Below, one piece after another: positions 57,436 to 64,000 of a stretch of 64,000 nt of DNA. Each line of letters opens with the position of its first letter. The first letter of the stretch is position 1. The stretch lies in NCBI RefSeq assembly GCF_026210795.1, contig NC_089429.1, positions 1,426,001 to 1,490,000 on the forward strand. The letters are read 5' to 3'. Under the pieces are notes generated by a model. The model worked only from the letters and a program-made list of their open reading frames with translations, made no database searches and was not told the DNA's origin. The position numbers were made by a program, and so were the translations under genes. This stretch comes from Rhizophagus irregularis. Its lineage: Eukaryota.

Positions 57436-60400
57436 TTTTTTTTTTTTTTTTTTTTATTTTATAAACGTATTTTAATCATTTTATTAGTAAATAGTAACGC
57501 GTTACATCAAACTAGTAAATACAAAAAAATACATTGAAGTCAGTTATTTCTAACTACACCTCTCCATATAAAAACTTTAGAATTCATTCTAAAGTGAAAA
57601 CTATCGTAACCAGCGTGCTATTCACGTTACATTCTTGCGGACTAAGTATTAACTAGATTACTAATTACTTGACTAGCTATTTTAAATCTATTATGATCTT
57701 CTAATCTAAATACGTTTGTTCTTCTAAATCTGTTTTTAATAATTTTCTAATTTTTTTACTATTTTTAGTTTTTTCTAATTTTTCAACGTTCAATATTTTC
57801 CCATTATCGTTACTTTTAATCCTTTTTCGTTTAGTATTTTTAAAAATGCCCATTTGTTTCTCTAACTCAATTGTCTCATTACAACGCTCAATCCAAATCT
57901 TTTTATGAACCTCGTTCAAATACTCGTTAAGAATTAATAAAACTAGCTTTCGTTCTTTAACTGTGTTGTAAGAATTTAACCATTTCTCATTAATTAATCC
58001 TCTTGTTACTTCTCTAATTATCCCTTCCGTTGTCATTATAAAAGAATGGCTTGAAGCTATATTTAATAGTGTATCTATAAATTCTTTACATGATATATCA
58101 TCTTCCAACATGTCTTGATTATCCAATAAGACTTGATTGATACTACTATTAAAAATATTCATTTCTGTTATAAAATTATTTGAGTCGCATGTCCAAATAT
58201 GTTCCCATGTCTCGTCCTCTATTGAGCATCTAGGACATTTACTATTTGGAATTCCAAAAACTCCTCTTTTCCACAACGTCTCATATGTTGGTAAGATCTT
58301 TAAAAAATTTTTAATACGCCACGTTCTTATTCCCGCATCTTCTCTATTAGTTGTATTCTTAGAAATAATTATTTCGTTATTGATCAATTTGAATGTTTCC
58401 TTCCAATTAATCAGAATATTCGCTCCGTTCATCTCAATAAAACAATCTTTCAAATAATCTAATAATATAATATCGATTTTTGTTATATTATTATTTATTT
58501 CTTTAAACCACTCTCTGTACGTAAGGATGGTCAGTCGGTCTTTCGGTCCTGGACGGTCCTGCCCGGTCTTTGGAAAAGTTATAAGGAATGCACCCTTGAA
58601 TTTTTAAGGCGCAGCAAGTATGGCTAAAGACCAATAAATGTCAAAATTTGGCCTTTATACTTCTTTTTTTAAGACCAGCAGAGGCGAAATTGGAAAAAGA
58701 CCGAAAAAAGCAAAAAATACTGGGTTTGGCAAAATAAAAACCTGCCTAGCTCTAAATTGGGTGATTAGATTGAGACCAAAATTTACCACTTTTTGGTCTT
58801 TAATCAGTTCTGTTGTGCTACAAAAAATTGGAAGCACAGCCTTATTACTTTTCCAAAAATTTCCTAAAGACCGATCAGGACCGATCAAAGACCGCAGGAC
58901 CGACTGACCATCTCTATCTGTACGCTCCTTCTATAGGTATGTGATTCCATCTTAGACAGTATTCCTCAACTAACATATTGTCTAATTTAATTACAATTTC
59001 TTCAATCGAGTCCTTACACTTGATTAATTCTTTCTTAAGAGCTGGTAATTTAATCTCCTGCATATCTTCCATCACTTCTGATTTTTTATGTGAAATTTTC
59101 AAGGTCATATTCTTTAATTCTAATATTGTATTAAGAAAATTCAAATATATATAGAGATTATCATCCAATTCTCTTCTCGTACTTCCTATTTCAGAATACT
59201 TCGTTAACCATTCAGCTATATCTAGGTCCATCCTTAAATCTATACTAATATTGTATGGTAATATAATTATCGCAACGATCAACGCGATTATATATACTTT
59301 TTTCACATTTTTAACCATTTTTAATTTTCCTTCAAAATTAAACTTTTCTACACTACTATTTTTAGCAAAAATCTCTATTGCGAACATACCATCTAAACTC
59401 CATTCATCGCCTTTTTGTATTATCATGCCAATTTGTAATAAAATTTCTTTATCAATAAATTGCTTCATATGTCCTATAACAAATTTAACCATTTTATCAA
59501 ACTTATTCGATTTTCTATAACAAATTCTAACCATTTTAAACAATTATCAATTATATCTTCTTCTTCATCCGTACTCATATTACTGTCAATTTCTATATAT
59601 CTATTATTCGTTACATTTTGTTTTATCAATTCATTTTGTCGATAAATATTTTCCCGTGTCATATATGGTTTAAATATTTTATTTTCTCCGGCTTCCATTT
59701 TCTCATTTCTACCTTCAAACGTAGTTGCTACATCTTTTTCAATATAAATAAAACATTTTTCCTTATTAAATTTTCTTCCAATATTATACTCGCAACCCTT
59801 ACAATCCACTAAATAAGGCGAATTATCATCTTCATTATCAATATTTAAATCCCTATCTTCAACTAAATGTCTTCCTATCTCATCATATTTCTTATGTCTG
59901 GATCTTTTACTTTTGATACTATATATAATATTTTTTCCAAGATTCCATGTAATCAATTCTTTATTGGACTTTTTAACCGATTTTTGTTCAATATCTTTTC
60001 TTAACAAAATTCTTTTTTTATCGTCACTATGTCTTATCTTAATATCATCTACCACTATACGATTATTATTTTTATCTTCGATACTAATCTGTTGTTTCAC
60101 TGTTCTAAACCAATTAGGTTCTATTCGTGGCGTCGATTCATTATATCTTATAAAATGTGTCCATTTTAATAATCTATTTGTATAGGGTTCCATCAGTTGT
60201 TCTACAAACAAAACTCCACAACTCTGCAAACTTTTCTTATGCATATTGTACGAGTTTTCCAAAATTTCTTCAATTCTAATATTACCACCTTCAATTCTAT
60301 GATTTATTTTCAATTCTTTACGTCCTTCATGATCACAAATTCGAATATTATTAATTCCTAATATTATTAAAGCGTCACCTATATATGTCTTCGTCAGAAA

Positions 60401-61894
60401 TTTATCTTCTGTAGCTATTTCTGCAAAACATTGTGATGTCCAAAATCTATATGGCAAGGATTTCATTTGAATTTGAAATATCATACTCAAGTTTTCATTA
60501 CCATTCGCCATATACATTATATTTTTACTGATACATTCTAATTGTAAATTATAAATATTTTTGACCCCATATAAGTCTTTATCATATATAATGCAATTTG
60601 GTAAAGTTTTTGGCATTCCACTTTTATGTTTCATAAGCGTATTAAAAGGTATCATTAACGCCTCCGCTTCTTTTTTCGATAAAACTACCCCCAATAGTTG
60701 ATATTCTATAGCAGGTATTAGCGTTATATTCCATAATTTAGCTGTCTGTTTGTCCGTTAAAACTTTCCTACTCATGATTTTAACGAAACCTTTAATCATT
60801 TCTCTGATTTTTTCAATATGTTTTTGTCTCTTGTTATCATGTGTAAAGAAAATTCCCAAAAATCTATTACCTTTAACTGAATTCATTTTCAGAATTACAG
60901 TATTATTAATAATTAATTGTTTATTTTCATTGTCATTAATTCTAATTACTTCATATTTTTTTGGATTAGCTTTGATATCATTCATCTCGTAAAAACTATG
61001 GCATATTTCTAACATTTCCATTATACCATCACGTGACTTACTAATGATCGTCATATCGTCCATAAAGGCGATTGCGTTAACAAAAAATTCTTTTCTCGTT
61101 AGTTCCTGATTCCAAACATTTTGTTTGTATTCTATGTCCATTTTATAGCCCACTCTATTTTTAATTTTCTCCAATTTACAAAGTAACGGATCATAGAAAA
61201 TACGCCATAATAAAGGTGACCATACCTCACCCTGATCTATCCCGTCTTCAACATAATACTCTTCCGTCAAATCATTATTTACTATAATTCTATTAAATCT
61301 ATTTTAATACTATCCACGCTTCTTTTTTATTAATATTAGCATCTTCGATAACACTTTGTACAATTTTAATTGGCTCGAATGTACTTTCATATTTTAATGC
61401 CGCAAAGTTTTTTCCTTTTAATATATTATTCTTCGCTAATATCGTGCTCAATCTATTCATAAAAATTTTGATTGCTAATTTTCTTGCTGTTTCTATCAAC
61501 GTGATTGGTCTAGTTAAACTCAAATCTCTATTCCAATCCATGGTCTTTTTTATAGGATAAATTATACCTTTCTTCCAATCTCCCGGCCAATTTTCTTCAT
61601 TCAAAACTCCATTTATAATCATTAAAAGTAGGTTTTTTGTCATATCTCCGCTCTTTTTCCAAAAATCGTAGGGTATACCACTAGCACCTGCTGCTTTATC
61701 ATTTTTCACTTGTTTTAAGACGTCGTTTAATTCATTTATTTGAACATCTTCACATAAAGTCATGTAAATATTCTCATCTATTTCATCCAGCGGTTCGTAT
61801 TCATCTTTCCAATGATTATTAAATGCTATTTCATTAAAATTTCTAACAGCCGTCCATTCCTTATAATGTTCGCGTACTTCTACTTTAACTTCCT
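57436..61894 (-). mobile_element. 5'-truncated non-LTR retrotransposon (LINE), decayed
   Basis: Poly(A) tail seen as a T-run at about 57436-57455. TSD cttaatagtgtataa(ttt) at 57421 and 61895. RT motifs KAAGASGIP, RPITLIE, GIDQGEVWSPLLW, AFMDD, FLG; C-terminal CPRC...ETWEHIWTC. Confidence 0.9.
58522..58916. mobile_element. hAT-type MITE inside the LINE
   Basis: TAAGGATGGTCAGTCGGTC...GACCGACTGACCATCTCTA, 8-bp TSD TCTGTACG. Confidence 0.9.
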
Positions 61895-62028
61895 CTTAAT
61901 AGTGTATAATTTAATAGTTAGCTAGCGTATTAATGTAATATATAATATTGTTTGCTTTATTAAATATACAATATATGCAAATAAAGTGTGTTTACAACGT
62001 TGTAAAAAATAAATTACTACGTTTTGAC

Positions 62029-63088
62029 TAGAGCTCCGAATGGGTCGGGTCAGGTTGGGTTTTTGACTTGACCTGACCCAATATTTTTTTTTCAGGTCAG
62101 ACTAAATGTAACCCAATGTAAATTTATGATTTATCCGACCTGATCCGTGGGTCAAATCAACCTGATTAATATATAAAATCAATTTAAATCGCAAATTGCA
62201 AATATCATATTTTTATAATTTATTATATCGTTATATTATTTATTATTATAATGTAATTACTAATTAATATTAAAAAAAGATTAAATTTTAATTATATTAC
62301 CAAATACTAGCGCTAATATTAATTGCTAAACGGCCTAGAATACTTAATCCAATTTTTAAGCAACATACACGCTCAAATTGTTTCAATTCCTAAACTAGAA
62401 CGCTTTTTTGTTATCAAATCGGCCCCACCTGAAAAAATTCTTTCAACAGGTACACTGGTTCCTAAAATCGAAAATCATACTATTGTTAATAATATAATTA
62501 ATTAAAAATTAAATAAATAATCTTAATTTACATTTTACCTGGTATCGCTAAATAATCTCGCGCCATAGCTGCAAGACACGGATAAGTAGCTTCGTGCGCC
62601 TAAAAAGAATATTTAGATAGTTAAATTATTTAAATTATGTATATATTATTCAGATAAAACTTTACAAATATACTTGCCTTCCACCATTGTAAAGGATTCA
62701 TCTTAAAACTAACTACTGGTTTTCGAAGGTATTCATCCAATTCATCTTCTTCAGATGAATCATTACCAATTTCAAATAAGCTAAAAAAATTTTCCTGATC
62801 ATTTTCTTGAACTTCTAAGTTGCTATTAATTAATAAAGGATCATTTTGGTAATGTTCATTGTATGTATCCTTGATAACTTTTATTGCAGCATCAATATAC
62901 TCTTGCTCCCATTCCTGTTGAAGATAATACTTTAGTTTTATTCGTGGATCCAGTACTAAAAAAAAAATTATAATAAGTTAATAAATGCATAAACATATTA
63001 ATTATTAAACAATAAATAAAATAAAATAAAATATTCAATACTTGTAGCAATCGGGTAAACATGTGACTCGTCTGTTTTGGCGTAATAC
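62029..63088 (-). mobile_element. Truncated second copy of the hAT element (3' end only)
   Basis: Near-identical reverse complement of about 46099-47332, lacking the 46517 MITE. Confidence 0.92.
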
Positions 63089-63719
63089 AATAAAAATGTA
63101 ACACTTAAAAATCTTTCAACTCCTTAAAAAAATACAATTTAGAAAAAATAAACTGGTAACTTTATTCTTTGAGGTAAGCTCTATCAAATTACTGGTCAGA
63201 TTTTTAAAAGAAGATCTACGTAAAAAGTTATAAGCATTTGAAATTGCATGATTTTCATATGATCGGCCCAAATTTGAAACAAAATATGTTAGCCAGAACT
63301 TATGATAATTTTGGCTGACTCCCATGCATTGTGATAATGCCAGCCCGAATTATCATAATATGAATCAAATGTAATTTTTTTTTTAAAAAAAAATTTTATC
63401 AATGTATGACTAATATGAAATGGTAGTTGCGATTTATTGCTGAAATCTACTTTTTCTTATGTTTTATCTTATTTGTAATAAAAAATTTTCAAAATCTGCA
63501 TTTTATTAGTACTTTATACAAGAAATCCCAGTTTTTTATTGGCTGAATTCCCGATCACATGATATAGAATCAGCTCAGAAAATTGAAACAAAATCACGTG
63601 ATTGTCGAGTATAGACTTCCGGCACCATACAATTATTTTTTTTTTAAAAAAAAAAATTTAAATTATAGATTTTATCCTTTTTGTCCTTTCACTTCAACTC
63701 GGCAATAAGAATGTAAATA

Positions 63720-63905
63720 CAGTCATCCTCCCATATAATCACACCCTTCGGGACCATAAAAAAATGGTGTGACTATAAAAATTATATATAATGTGATTAA
63801 AGGGAAGGTTTTTTTAATAAGTTTATTAGTAACTTGGGATTAATGTAAATGTGCTTATAAGGGAGTTGTGATTATACAGGGGGTGACTATATGGGAGGAC
63901 GACTG
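63720..63905. mobile_element. Tc1/mariner-type MITE
   Basis: CAGTCATCCTCCCATATA...TATATGGGAGGACGACTG, TA TSD. Confidence 0.88.
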
Positions 63906-64000
63906 TATAACAATTTTTTTTATTAATCCATTAACGAAAATATTATCTGAAATAAAATTGTGTTCAAATTTACCTAATGTTAAAAAGTAATAGTTGTTAA

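Overview
This is AT-rich, intron-containing eukaryotic DNA made almost entirely of nested, partly decayed mobile elements. Composition and element types suggest a Glomeromycotina fungus such as Rhizophagus; that is inference, no database search was run. No host housekeeping gene, rRNA, tRNA or CRISPR array was recognised. The main feature is a 15,042-bp, GC-richer, intronless Maverick/Polinton-like element at 4426-19467, with 506/520-bp TIRs and a 5-bp TSD (GCTAA). It encodes an SF3 helicase, a divergent family-B DNA polymerase with a putative OTU-like N-terminus, an A32-like packaging ATPase, a chromodomain-bearing retroviral-type integrase and F-box/zinc-finger accessory genes. I see no double-jelly-roll capsid and no adenain protease. 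In their place is a Ty3/Gypsy-type Gag capsid ORF joined by a -1 frameshift to a retropepsin-like ORF, with no RT or LTRs. Its genes share an upstream AWTTGAAGAT-like motif and downstream T-tracts. Other content: (i) two copies of a non-coding CATCAG-TIR element built from micro-exons whose splice donors and branch points sit in hairpins; (ii) a full-length Ty3/Gypsy element (25613-37366) with a thymidylate/deoxynucleoside-kinase-like domain fused after RNase H, plus a solo LTR; (iii) hAT, CACTA and LINE elements; (iv) many MITEs with clear TSDs.
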